64,000 nucleotides of DNA from the NCBI GenBank assembly GCA_964016885.1, contig OZ024740.1, positions 208,940,001 through 209,004,000 of the forward strand, read 5' to 3'. The notes under the pieces were generated by a model. It was not told the origin of the DNA. It searched no databases and saw only the letters and a program-made list of their open reading frames with translations. Both the position numbers and the translations under genes were made by a program. Positions 26,128 to 39,339 of this stretch are shown piece after piece. The stretch's first letter is position 1; every line of letters begins with the position of its first letter. This DNA is from Eledone cirrhosa (lineage: Eukaryota).

Positions 26128-28238
26128 ATGGCTACGAAAAAGAATTTGCATAGGTCACTCCCACTCATTCCGTCTTCTTTTTCCTCAATCGTCACTACAG
26201 CAGAGAGAAGATTGTCTCTCCCTCCCTTCTTTAAATGTGTCTCTCTCCCTCCCTTCTCTTTCGCAAGCGACGAAAGAAAAGAAAAGTCTCGTGCAAAGCG
26301 TGCAAGGTTTCTCCACGACGACGACGACAGCGACGAAACAGGTGTGCGGGAAATACGAAAACCCAGTTCGTTCGTCTGACGTCGGGAATAATAGCAGTAG
26401 CAGCCGTAATAACAACAGCAACAGTGACAATGAAAACAACAGTAGCAGCCGCAACAGCATCACCAGCAGCATAAACAACAACAGCATTAGCAGCAGCAAC
26501 ACCAACAACAACCACAGCAACAGCGGCGGAGGCAGTAGTCGTAGTACCTGCAGCAACAACAAAAGTAACAGCAGCTCTTACGACAACAACAACAACAGCA
26601 GCAAAGAAAAACCAATCTCATTTGCAGGTATTGCGAAAAACTTGGAAACAATCCTCATAACAAATGAGGAATTAGAGGAAGCGAAGAAGATGGTGACAAA
26701 GACTGGACACCGAGCAATCTGCAAGGCAGCGGAAAAATTTTTCGAAACCCAACAGCACTGTACGGTCACGTACCGTACAGTAAGTACAAAATCCCGTAGG
26801 GTGGAAAGAACCACAGAGGCTCAAATACAAAAAGCCTTGGGGTCTGTGTGGCAGCGGAAAACGCACATCACCCGAGGCAAAAAATATGCCACCGTAGACG
26901 TACTTTTTGCCACACCCCAGGAGGCAAAGGCCCAATCCGTAGTGACCCTAAGGAGCGAGGAAATGGTGTTGGTGCCCTCCTACTGCGGGCAAAAAATTGT
27001 GAGGGTCAAACTGACCCACGTCCCCCCCCCCCCCCCCCGGAATGGCCCCTTCTTGGCTGGCCGCGTCTGTCCTCGTCGGAATCGAGGACAAAACAACTGT
27101 ACTGCAAGTACAGAAAAAAGTAAGAGAAGATTGGGTCGGCACCTCCATTGAGATGCTAATCCAAACCAACCAGGAGTGCATCGAAGCTATCCCGGATGTT
27201 ATAGACTTCGATAACGGCACTCAACTGCCCATAAGTGTTGAAGGAAAACGCCCGAAATGCTTTCGCTGTGGATCGAAGACTCACCTCAGGGCCTTCTGCA
27301 ACGAGAAGACCCTGAGAAAGGAGAAAACCCCCCTCCTTCCGAAACCGGCTCCACGGCTACCAGCAACAGGACAAGCGCCAACCAGGAACGATAGGTCCGT
27401 GGCACCCATACCCACGCCACGGAAATCAAAAACAGCAGCAGCAGTGGAAATATTAACAACAACAACAGCAATACCAAATGCAGCTGCAACAGAGACTCCA
27501 GTGCAAACATCACCAACAACAACAAGTGAAAGAGTGGAGCTGGTACCCCTCCCCGACCTCACAGAATCAGACATGGAGTGTGAGGTGGGAGAGGGATGGC
27601 AAAAGGTCGTAAGAAGGCACAAACGCAGAAACAGCGCATCGTCGCCTTTGAAAAGAGAGGATAGAAATGAGAAAAGGGTAAAGTCTACTGCAAAGAGACC
27701 CACAGCAGCAACACCACCAACACCATCACCACCCACACTAGCACCACCATCACCACCGGCGACAACCCCACCGCCAACAACACCTTCAACACCACCACCA
27801 CAAGCACCAACATCGCAAACACAACAACAAAACACACACACCCAGCAACAACGACAAGAAAATAGCAGAACCACACCCCACCCCCAGAAAAACAAATACA
27901 CGGCAATAAATACACACAACAAGAAACTAATGACTTACATAATTGAACACACATACATTTCACAACACGACTACATAATACCAGCACCAATCAAAACGCC
28001 AACTAACATAAGACTGCTAAAAATAGCACAGAAACAATACACAAACATTAAAACGAAATTCCCCAACGCAGTTGGTGATTTCAGGGACCTAGGAGGCACT
28101 ATCAATCGAAGAGTATATTCAGACATTCTCTTAGAAGAGCCGACGACCAGCCGAAGGGACGATTCAACGGTCCCTTCACCAGACGATCAAGTGAAAAGGG
28201 ATGTAAAAACCATCCCTCCTCTACCAAAAGTACGGTAA
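26128..28238 (+). pseudogene. Tx1 ORF1, frameshifted near the 5' end and at a poly-C run
   Basis: ORFs 26092, 26084-27151 and 27042-28238; CFRCGSKTHLRAFC. Confidence 0.85.
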
Positions 28239-28273
28239 GTGGTCTTTCCCATCTTTTCCACTCTATTTTAAAC

Positions 28274-31200
28274 ATGACCTCACTCAGAATAGGCAGCATA
28301 AATGCGCGTGGCTTGGGGTCGTCATGGAAGCAGGGTCACCTGCTCAACGACCTCAGGTCACTAAACATAGATGTAGTGGCCATCAGCGAGACCAGAATCT
28401 CCGAAGCACGGGCCTTCGCACCGATCTTCGGCGGCTACGATGCGTACGCATCTCCCAGCCGTCCTGGATCGGGGGGAGGAGTTGCTGTGCTTTTTCGGAG
28501 AGGTTTGGATCTCGCCATACGGGCCATCTTCCTGGACCCAGAGGGTAAGCTGGTGGTGCTGGACGTGACCAGCGGAGACGGGCAAGCTTTCAGGCTAGTG
28601 GCCGTCTATGCCCCGACAGGAGCAGAGAGGCCTGATTTCTTCCGGCGTCTGGAGACCTTTCTTGGGACGTCCCGCTCTTTAGTGTTAGTGGGCGACTGGA
28701 ACGGGATCTTAGATGCACGCTGGGACTGTGTGGGATTTGCGGATAGGGGTGGAGGGTGCAAGAGCCTCACCAACCTGCTCAGGCGTTTTGAACTGTCTGA
28801 CAGGTACTGATTGGATTTCCCGAATGCGCCAATGTGGACTTGGACAAATCGCATAGGGTCATCCAGATCATATCTAGATAGAGTATTTTGTAGGGAAATA
28901 GATAGGTCTAGCATAGGCTGTCCACAATTCAAGATAATCAGCTACACGGACCACAAATTCGTGATCTGTGTGCTTGACTTAGATAGGCTTCATAGACGAG
29001 GACCCGGCTACTGGAAACTAAACGCGTCCTTACCAGCGCGCAAGGCCTACAGAGACCGGATTAGCGAACTAGTTAAGAGGGCGTTGACGGGGGCCATCGT
29101 CAACAACAAGTGGTGGTTTGCTCTGAAAAGAGTGATTAGAATAGAATCCATTAGGTTTAGTAAGGCTTTAGCAATAGAGAAAAATAGAGCAGAGGGAGAA
29201 CTAGTTAGAAAATTAGACGAGGCGCTTAGCAAAGGCATTGCGACCGACGTGCTTGCGGCGAAATTGGCCCTTGACCAATTCTTCAATGCAAAGCACGAAG
29301 GCTGCGTTGTCAGAGCAAGGGTGCGTGCTCTCAGACACGAGGGGACGAAAGCCGTTCAATGGGCCCGAGTGGCGGAGGCGCGTCGTGGCAACAAAGCCAC
29401 GATCCGGTCTTTGGTGGACCACGACGGGCGCATGCTACTCGACCCCGGGCAAATGTGTGAAGCTTTTCAGTGACACTTCGCTCAGCTGTTCGGGGGCAGC
29501 GGTGGGCCGGGTCGAGGGATGGACTTTAGTGTCTACCTCGACGGACTGCCGCGGCTCTCGGCCACTGAGGCGAAGTGTTGCGAAAAGCCGATAACAGCCG
29601 CTGAAGTAAGGGAGGCAATGACTGGCTGCACAAGGGGTAAATCGCCTGGTTTGGATGGTCTGCCCTATGAACTTTACGTACAGATGCCAGACTTGTTCGG
29701 AGGCCTCTTGGCGGACGTCTACTGCAACTGGCAACAGAACGGGAGAATTCCCAGTTCTGTGAGCCGAGGAGCGGTGGCACTGCTGAGAAAGGATCCGAAC
29801 AAGGGGGATAACATAGATAATTTCCGGCCCATAACTCTGCTAAACACAGAGTTCAAGATTTTGGCCAAGGTGCTAGCAAAGAGGTTGGCGCTTGTCGTTG
29901 GTGGTCTGGTGGGAGAGGCGCAGACATGCGCCATTCCCGACAGATCCATCCAGGACAACCTCCACCTCATGCGATACATCATAGAGACGGTAGCTAGGGA
30001 ACCTGGCACGGGTGGGTCCTTGATCAATTTAGATCAGTCGAAAGCTTTCGATAGGGTCGACCATCGTTACCTAGCGGCAGTCCTGAGGGCGGCTGGATTT
30101 GGGCCCGTCTTCAGAGGCTGGATCGCTGCCATGCACAGCGACATCTGCTCTGTGGTGAGAGTGAACGGTCACCTGTCGGAACCGTTCAACATCATGCGCT
30201 CGGTCCGCCAAGGATGTCCCCTCTCGTCCCTCTTGTACGTATTGACTCTCGAGCCATTACTGCACAAACTGGAGACGTTGAGGGGCGTCCCGCGCGAACT
30301 AGGATGCGGAAGATCCGTGTCAGCATATGCGGACGATGTCATCGTAGTGGTGTCGAACGCCAAACACATCGAGGCGATCGGCACTACACTAAGAGAATAC
30401 GAAGCGGTGACAGGAGCAATGATCAACCAGGAAAAGTCAGTGGGCCTGCAGCTCGGCACCTGGAGAGGCAGGTCCATGCCGTCCAACAGCGTCGTCGGAC
30501 GCTGGACGGACGGACCGGTTAAATTGCTAGGGGTCTGGTTCGGTCCGGACCTTCAGACGGACAAAAACTGGGACGAGGTAACGAGCAGGGTGGCTTCTCT
30601 CACCCAGAAATGGGCCGAGAGGAAGCTATCCCTGAAAGGTCGAGCGGAGGTGGCTAACGCGTACATCGCGTCCGTCATCTGCTACCGCCTGACCGTCGTA
30701 CCTTGTCCTAAGCCTCGCCTGACTGCGCTGGAGCGTTTGCTCTTTCGCTTTTTGTGGAAGGGACGCGCTCCGATGGTCAGGCGGTCCATCTGTTGTCAAC
30801 ACCCGCTACGTGGAGGGCTGGGCATGCCGTGGCTGATGATGCGCAGGCACGCGCTCTGGCTACATCTCCACCTCTTCCTCAACGGTGATCAGGTGTGGTC
30901 GCCGTTTGCTAGACACGTATTTCCCCAGCTCGTTTCCTTGACGGAGCTGCAGTCCTGGGTCAAGCGAAGACCGAGAGGGAGCGCCTGGAGACTGGAATGT
31001 CTTCAGGCGCTCACAGCCCTCGACCAATCGGGCAATGTGATCGGTGGAAACTCCACCTCGGCGTTCTATAGAGGATTAGTGGAGGGGAAGAGCGACGACG
31101 TACTTGGGGAAACTCTAGGCGTCGACGAAAATCAACTAGCCAATCTCTTCGGAAGAACTTTCGGGCCAGGGCCTATGGACAACTTCCAGAAATCTCTGGC

Positions 31201-31690
31201 CTGGCAGTGCTACCGAGGAGCCTTGCCAGTTCGGGATAAACTCTACAGGCATGGAGGTGCCGTCAGCCGGGCATGTCCGAGATGCGCGCAGGGCGACGAA
31301 ACCGTCCTGCACGCAATCGTCCCGTTTCTGAAAATTGCTGACTTGTGGGTTTATGTCGAACACCTGCTGTCGCGTTTAGGACGGATCCGGCTATCATCTG
31401 AGTCCATCGTGAGGATTTCCCCGCCCTCCTCCTTTAGCCGGGAAGGGCAGGCAGTTTTTATCTGCCTGGTGGCCATGGCGAAAGAGATAGTATGGTGGAC
31501 ACGTTTGAAAGGGCTGAAGACGAGCACTTACCTCTTCGGTGATGCTCTGATTGACTTTTTCAAATTTCATTTGAAAAGGAAAATCAGAGTAGAGAGGGAA
31601 GTGCTCTCTTCCCAGCATTTTGTTGAAAGATGGGTGAGAGAAGCAAGTATGGCCCGAATGAATGGGCCTACTCTGAGTATATATCTGTAA
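28274..31690 (+). pseudogene. Tx1 ORF2 (APE-RT), one frame with two in-frame TGA stops
   Basis: ORFs 28274-28810, 28811-29473 and 29519-31690 are in frame; NFRPITLLN, DQSKAFDRVDH, RQGCPLS, YADD. Confidence 0.92.
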
Positions 31691-32019
31691 ATTAAAGGTG
31701 GAAAACTGGGAGAGGGCACTTGCCTTGGTGGTCAGGGTCATTGTGGCTTTTTACTGGGCTTTCACCACAAATGTCCCTCCGAAGTCTCCCCCCTATTGGG
31801 GAATTTTTCATTGTTATTTTTTTGTTACATCCTCTGTTTTTGTTTTTTACACGCAGAAATGCCCATTTGTACCGTCCTGCATTGTCCTGCATTGTCCTTA
31901 ATGTCTACTTTATGTAAACCCTTGTGGTTAATAAAGAAATCATTATTATTATTATTATTTTTTTTTATTTTTTTTTTTTATTGTTACTATTATTATTACT
32001 TTTTTTTTTTTTCCAATTC

Positions 32020-34053
32020 AATGATGTTCCAGAACAATATAAAAGAGATAATTGGCAATTTTGGTTCTGGAACAAAAAAGATAATTGGCAATAAGAGCAG
32101 GGGCCCCAGGTTATCACAGCCTGGGCCCGCTCGTCATCGTGCCATTGTAATAGAGCCAAACAAGGCATTTAGTCTTGGCTGCTGGAACGTACGGACGCTG
32201 CTTGACAGGGATTCCTTGGAGCGTCCTGAACGAAGGACCGCTCTTGTTGCAAAGGAGCTTCGACGTTACGATCTTGACATCGTGGCTTTATCTGAGACGA
32301 GGCTAGCTGGAGATGGTCATCTTACAGGATTTTGTGGAGAATATACATTCTTCTGGAAAGGAAGAGATGAAGGAACCAGAAGAGAGGCTGGGGTAGGATT
32401 TGCTGTTAAGACTGTTCTTGTGAATAAATTAGAAGAATTCCCAGTAGGGATTAGTGAGCGTCTTATGTCCATGAGAATTCCGCTGGACAAAGGAAGATAT
32501 GCGACCCTGGTGAGTGTGTATGCTCCAACTATGAATTCTGTCGATGAAGAAAAAGTGTCCTTTTACCATGCATTGAAAGGTGTTTTAAGAAATATCCCTC
32601 AGGCAGACAAAGTCATCGTGCTTGGTGACTTTAATGCTAGAGTGGGTAGGGATTTTAACACATGGAATGTAATCGGAAGGCATGGGGTGGGAAAGTGTAA
32701 CAACAATGGTATGCTCCTGCTGCAGATGTGTGAGGAGCTGGATCTGTGTGTTACAAACACCATGTTCCAACAAAAGAACAAATTCAAGACCACATGGATG
32801 CATCCTGCATCTAAGGAATGGCATCTTTTGGACTACGCCCTAGTCAGGATGCGTGACAGACAGGGTGTGCAGTGTGTTCGTGCTCTTCGTGGAGCTGAGT
32901 GCTGGACGGACCACCGCCTGGTACGCGCAAAAGTGAAACTAATCACTAAACGTAAAATCCGGGCTCCTGGTGTTGCCCTGCCCAAAAGATTGAATGCTGC
33001 TCGTCTTAAGGATAAAAATGTGAAGAGGACATTGGAAGAAGAGATGCAGGCTGTAAATCTTGGTGAGGATTTGACGACCCTTAAAAAGTCGGTTTATGAT
33101 GTAGGCAAGCGTGTTCTGGGATTGGTGCAGAGAAAACATCAGGACTGGTTTAATGAGAATGATGTACATATAGAAGACTTGTTGGCTGATAAGAGGCGTG
33201 CTCTGTCACGCTACTTGACGGCAAAACCACAGGAGAGGAATACGTTGCATGAGGAACTCAAGGATGTAAAATCACGTGTTAGGCGGAGTCTTTCTCAGAT
33301 GAAGGATCAGTGGTGGAGTGAGAAGGCTTGTGAGATACAAACTGCGTCAGATTCCAATAACACAAAGCTGTTGTACAGTCTCTTGCGTGAGGTTTATGGA
33401 CCGTCTTCTTCTCTAGTGACACCGCTTCGCAGCAAGGATGGCAAAGAACTTCTTCGTGACTCACAAGGAATTCTACGAAGGTTGCGAGAGCACTTTGATG
33501 ATCTTTTGAATCAGCCGTCTGTCGTTAGTGAAGATTTCCTCAATTTCATTCCAGAAAGTCCTGTGAAAGTAGCTCTCACAGAACCTCCGACGCTTGTGGA
33601 GGTTGCAGTGGCTATCTCGAAGCTGAACAGTGGAATGTCTCCAGGTATGGATGGCATACATGCTGAGCTCCTAAAATATGGTGGTGAGAGACTCCTGCAA
33701 CATCTTCACTCTTTGTTTGGCAGGATATGGGCTAATGAATCCGTACCTGAGGACTGGAGAGATGCAGTAATGGTGGTCTTGTACAAGGGAAAGGGTAACA
33801 GGAATGATTGTGGGAACTACAGAGGTATATCATTGTTTTCTGTCGTAGGGAAAGTTTTACGTAGAGTGCTTCTGGACTGTCTGCTGACACACATTGCAGA
33901 TTGTGTTCTTCCTGAAAGTCAATCTGGTTTTCGTGCTGGACGCGGCACTACTGATATGATCTTCTCAGCCAGACAGCTCCAGGAGAAGTGCATGGAACAA
34001 GGTTTGGATCTGTATCAGGTCTTTGTCGATCTGACAAAAGCTTTCGATACTGT
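32020..34053 (+). mobile_element. RTE-clade LINE ORF (APE + N-terminal RT), 3'-truncated
   Basis: WNVRTLLD...RPERRTALVA.EL.RY..DI.ALSETR, GDFNARVG, CWTDH, NYRGISL, QSGFR..RGT.DMIF, FVDLTKAFDTV then (TATG)n. Confidence 0.92.
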
Positions 34054-34200
34054 ATGTATGCATGCATACATGTATATGTATGTATGTATCTATGTATGTA
34101 TGTATGCATGGATGTATGTATATATATCTATATATATATGTATGCATGCATGTATGTATGTATGTATCTATATATGTATGTATGTGTGTATATATGTGTG

Positions 34201-34790
34201 CTACTGGTAACATGTATTCCAGTACAACCTGTCTCATGGTCGGGTCGTTGGCGACTAAACTGGCAACCCCACCAAGGTTTCTTGGTGAGGAGGGTGACTT
34301 TGGACATCCTGCAGGACTAAAAACAAAACCTGTCAAAGGGCAAAGGAGCTCTTAAGAGTCAATGGCCATCCAAAATCACCGGGATAGATGACCCCTTAGC
34401 CTTTGTCAAGGCAGAATTCTAGGAGAAGGAAAGCTCTGATATAACACCTGCAACCCTGATTGTATCCAATGATGTTGACTTGTTCTTCTTTTTGGTAAAT
34501 ATCATCTTGGTTAAGAGAGTGGGACTGGCTTTGTGCAGTGCCTTTGCTCACTATAAAAGCTTCACGGCACAGGCATTGCTTTATATCTGGAGATCTCTCT
34601 GCACTTGTCGTCACATGGTACCATGGGCCCAGCACTATGTGTCAATAATTGTCACAAGTGTAGTGTTTGTACCAGAGTTTTCAAGTCGCTGGCTGGACTA
34701 GAAAGTCACACTCGTTCAGCGCATCGGTACGCGTTCTCCTACATGGATATAAAGTAGTAGCCGTACTCGAAAACGAGTTGGCAGCCAACA
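34201..34790 (+). mobile_element. Bipartite non-autonomous RTE derivative (5' UTR + 3' end)
   Basis: RTE-like 5' UTR joined to a C2H2-coding 3' end ([24 protein letters not shown]) and (TATG)n tail; second copy 42537-42950. Confidence 0.7.
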
Positions 34791-34911
34791 TATATGTATG
34801 TATGTATGTGTGTATATATTTATAGTAGATTGATGAGTCAAACAGCGACAACAGATATCAATTATTAAACCCGGAATTACGCACATACAAAATGTTATTC
34901 TATAATCAATG

Positions 34912-34964
<53 letters not shown>

Positions 34965-34975
34965 GCGCACACACA

Positions 34976-35102
<127 letters not shown>

Positions 35103-35338
35103 CATATATGTAAAAGGTAAACAGAAATAACAGCACAATCGGTACAGTATATGGAAGGTTAACGCTTGATATAGCAGGAAGAGGGTCTTAACGTTTCGGA
35201 CTCTAGTCCTTCACAAGAAGAAAGAATGAGAAATAAAATAGATTGAGGGGACGGGCGGGATGGAATTGGAAAACATGTCTTTAGATAAAAATAACAGGTC
35301 CATTCAAACATACATACATACACATTCATATATACACA

Positions 35339-35406
<68 letters not shown>

Positions 35407-35409
<3 letters not shown>

Positions 35410-35735
35410 GGTAACAAATTATTGTTATAGGTAGTCCACTTAGGTGTAGTCCAGTTATGGTACTCCGGGTAGTGGATGATATCAACGCTTGGCTAAGTTT
35501 GACTCAACAAGGCGTTTCCTAGTGATGTTGCGAGTACGCTGTAATTCCTTGGAGTAATAATAAATCAGGAAAGAAGAGTGACACGGTTTGCTATACAAAA
35601 AAGGTTTTTAATCTCATTGTCGACAATTGTTTCTCTGAACTGGTAGGTCTAGAGATCGTTATCCGCTTATTTTCACGTTAGTCGATCGTCAATACAAAGT
35701 TATAACCAGTCAGTTCACCGGAGCTTGCGAGAATG
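35407..35735 (-). mobile_element. Single-arm copy of the 9861-10353 element
   Basis: Colinear with 9861-10174; abuts (TA)n. Confidence 0.7.
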
Positions 35736-36665
35736 AAAAGAATATACAGGCTACTATATGTAGTAGTAATGGCATTCAGTCAGAACAATAACAACAATAT
35801 CAACAATGCTAGCAATAAATTATTTGAAATAATCACGACATCAATCTAGGTGGGAAGTATAGTATATCATCGATTTTAGCGTATAAAACTAGCTGACATG
35901 AGGCAGATGTATAAAATTGACATGTAAAAACTGTCGTAGGGTGTATTATATCTAGTGTAAAGATAAACTGGTGTCTTTAAACAATGTAGGTCAGGTGGCC
36001 GTAATAGTCGGTTTTTATCTGACAGATGAAAGATTTATCACTGTAGTGGAATTTGTGTGGTCTATATTAGATGAGATGGCTGTCTAGCTTTCTCATCATC
36101 AATAACATACATGTATAAGACAACGCTAACAAAGAAGCTAAATAATGGGTAAATTAATACAGAGGTAAGGAGGCAATATATATATATATATATATACACA
36201 CATGCACACAAACATATATATATATATATATACACACACACATACATACATATAAAGAGAAAACATGCTGACTATAATTATAGCAGGAGGAAGGTAAAGT
36301 TCTGTTGTAGTAGTATTTTGAAATGTTCTTGGATTTAGGATCAAGTGCTGACAGCAGCTGAGAAGAGATATGTTTATGGGTTGATGAGGTACTTACAGAC
36401 ATTAGTGTGGTATAGAACTAAGAAGGCTAGAATGTACTTAATGATTATATTTCTGTGGTGGTTCGTGCAGAGTAGTGGGTATCCTAGTTGAAAGCTATGT
36501 TATGTCGGTTCGATTCACGGAGGTTTAAATTTTATGAATTTAGTGGCGATCCTGTGTCTGCAGAAGATAGATCTTTCTAACTTGTTGTTAAGTAGCCTTT
36601 TTACATTTCTAAGGATATACAGTAGTTCTAGATCACATAGCCTACAGTGGGACATACCTGTACTG

Positions 36666-36713
<48 letters not shown>

Positions 36714-37275
36714 TTTTTTTAGTTATGTAATAAACAACATAAGATAATTATTTCATTTACCTGTGGTTTCTTGAAGGCAGATGTTACGTCTGTTTTCAGT
36801 CGTCAGAATCAATAAATAGCATGGTGTTTCTATTAAATATGGATTTGAAAACAAAATTTAAGAAATATGAAAGTGAGGCTGAAAAAACGGGCAAAAAGGA
36901 ATTAGGGGAAAAATATATAAATAAATATCCAGAACATAAACATACACACACTCAACTACGCGCATATACGTAATAGTACGTATACTTTCTCACATAAGCG
37001 TATTTGCATCTACATGGAAATACGAACAGGCACATAAATACATACACACACATACACACAAATATATATGCACTCATATATGTACACACAAACACACACA
37101 CGCACACATAAAAAAGAGGGTATATACACACACATACACATACATACAAACACAAACACACAAAAACAAAAGGCTCTATACATACGCGGTATTTCCTATT
37201 ACCCACTCTACTACCCTAAGTATTGAGTACTCCGGTGCATTATGGTCCATCTGGTTCCTCACTACATTTCCTTCG

Positions 37276-37318
<43 letters not shown>

Positions 37319-37659
37319 TATACATGTACACACGCACAAACACATGCATGCATATATACACGTGCGTGTGTGTGCGTATAAACATATAGGCAGACAAACA
37401 ATAAATACACACACGCTCGCAGGTGGGAGTATAAAAAGGGGGTACCAAAAAATTAAAGGGTATACTCACAGATCCATGCGCAAAAAAAAAAAAATTTATA
37501 TAAAAAATATAAATACGCAAACATACAAAAAATACACACACACACACACATACACACTACATTTATCAATATCAATATTACTCCAGGTTGAGTGCTTCGA
37601 ATCAGTTATAAATATATATATTTTTGTTGAATAACCAACAAATTATATATCCCTTTGCT

Positions 37660-37725
<66 letters not shown>

Positions 37726-38219
37726 CACATACAAATGATATACACACATAAGAACACATACACACACACACACACATAATCTAATATGTATAAATACACG
37801 TATATGTGTATGTACACATAAGCCTGTCTGCATATGCGCTCACATACAACCTTATGTGAGTACACTTAAAAAACCTAGTGGGTAAGTAAGGACAAAGAGG
37901 GGTATAACTGAGATCAAATAATATAAAAAAATGTTATGAACAGGTAAGGGTAGAGAGTGAGTGTTTGTGATGAGATCTGGATAAGGGTATATAGTTAAAA
38001 AGTGATCTGGGTAAAGGATGAAGGTGGTGGGTGTGTATGTGTTAAAGGTATGGTAGAAAATAGGGGGGGGGGAGTTACAAGTCAAATGAAAAAAATATAG
38101 AAAAAGATGAGGGAGATAAAAAGTATATATTGGTAGAAAGTATGTGTTCATAAGGTGATGATATTGGTAGTGAGTGGAAGGCGTGATATGTAAAGAAGAA
38201 GCTCGGGGTGGTTGAGTAA

Positions 38220-38560
38220 TCGTTGGTGTGATAATCCAGCTAAAAAGTAGATGCGATTTCAGGTGCGGACAACATCTAAAGATCTCGGTCTTAGAGTTGA
38301 GACAAGTGGGAGGGATTTTCAAGTTTCGGAGAAATCTGAATTTTTCCGTAGTACACAAAGACCATTTCTTTGCGCTCCTTTGGTATTCTCTTGAATGGTC
38401 TAAAATAGACCAATCAATATTGTACGGAATGTTTTTGTCTTTAAACTACCACGCTTTATTTGCCAGCGCCGTTGCTGTTCTTTTTTCAGGGTGTTTGAAA
38501 GAAGCGCCATGTGCATAGTACCTGGTTTTAAATCTGTCCTGAGTCATGCCAACATATCGC
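38220..38560 (-). pseudogene. PLE GIY-YIG endonuclease 3' fragment
   Basis: YVGMTQDRFKTRYYAH..SF...LCTTEK...LNSKTEIFRCCPH. Confidence 0.75.
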
Positions 38561-38667
38561 TCACTCCTGGCTGGCTGGTTATTAATCATCGCAAGTTGGT
38601 GTCGACACACCTTCAGGACAAAACCAGGTAATCTATCGGGGCCTACATATATATACACACACACATT

Positions 38668-38753
<86 letters not shown>

Positions 38754-38793
38754 AACAAACAAACAAACATATATATATTTATAAACATACCTT

Positions 38794-38838
<45 letters not shown>

Positions 38839-39339
38839 GGAAAAAGAAATGAAACGAAATTTCATTTCTCATATACATACTTATTTCTCGTATACATACT
38901 TATATATATATATATATATATATTTATTTATTTATTAAAATAACAGATTAAAGTTTAAGCAAAGAATCGCTGCTTTCACCTTAACGGGATCTTCTGAAAC
39001 TAAAAAAATCAATCTGTGAACGCAGAAGTAAATATTTCGAAAAACGTTGCAACCGAAGGAAGACAGGAAGACGATACTTTGGTTCGTGGAAACGTTCCCT
39101 GGCAAAGAACGGAAACACGAAGATAATACGTCATTATTTGGAGCGGTGATCTGAGTTCAAATCCCGCCGGTGTTAACTTTGCCTTTCATCCTTACGGGGT
39201 CGATAAAATAAAGTACCAGTAATGTACTGGGTAATTTCTGGCCTTGTGCCTAATATAGAAACAATTATTTGGAGCGGTGAAAATAATTATACGCAAAAAC
39301 AAAACCACCTTTATGGTATAAATGTGTTGTATCAGATGA

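Larger units (their letters stand above)
25913..31941 (+). mobile_element. Near full-length Tx1/L1-clade LINE, copy A2
   Basis: 5' UTR, ORF1, ORF2, 3' UTR; (ATT)n at both ends. Confidence 0.93.

Noticed and set aside
27021-27045. Programmed frameshift at the poly-C run in Tx1 ORF1
   Set aside because: Run length differs between copies; slippage or sequencing error is more likely
28808-29473. Selenocysteine or readthrough at the in-frame TGA codons
   Set aside because: The paralogous copy has CGA at both sites
31796-34210. 804-aa ORF as a novel fusion protein
   Set aside because: Chance read-through of Tx1 3' UTR and microsatellites into the RTE ORF
35188-35218. Additional hammerhead-like remnants (also about 47870-47905, 50535, 63385, 63910)
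   Set aside because: Core incomplete or mutated; not called as ribozymes
36750-36830. Possible minus-strand splice donor (cag|gtaaat)
   Set aside because: No convincing acceptor or open frame
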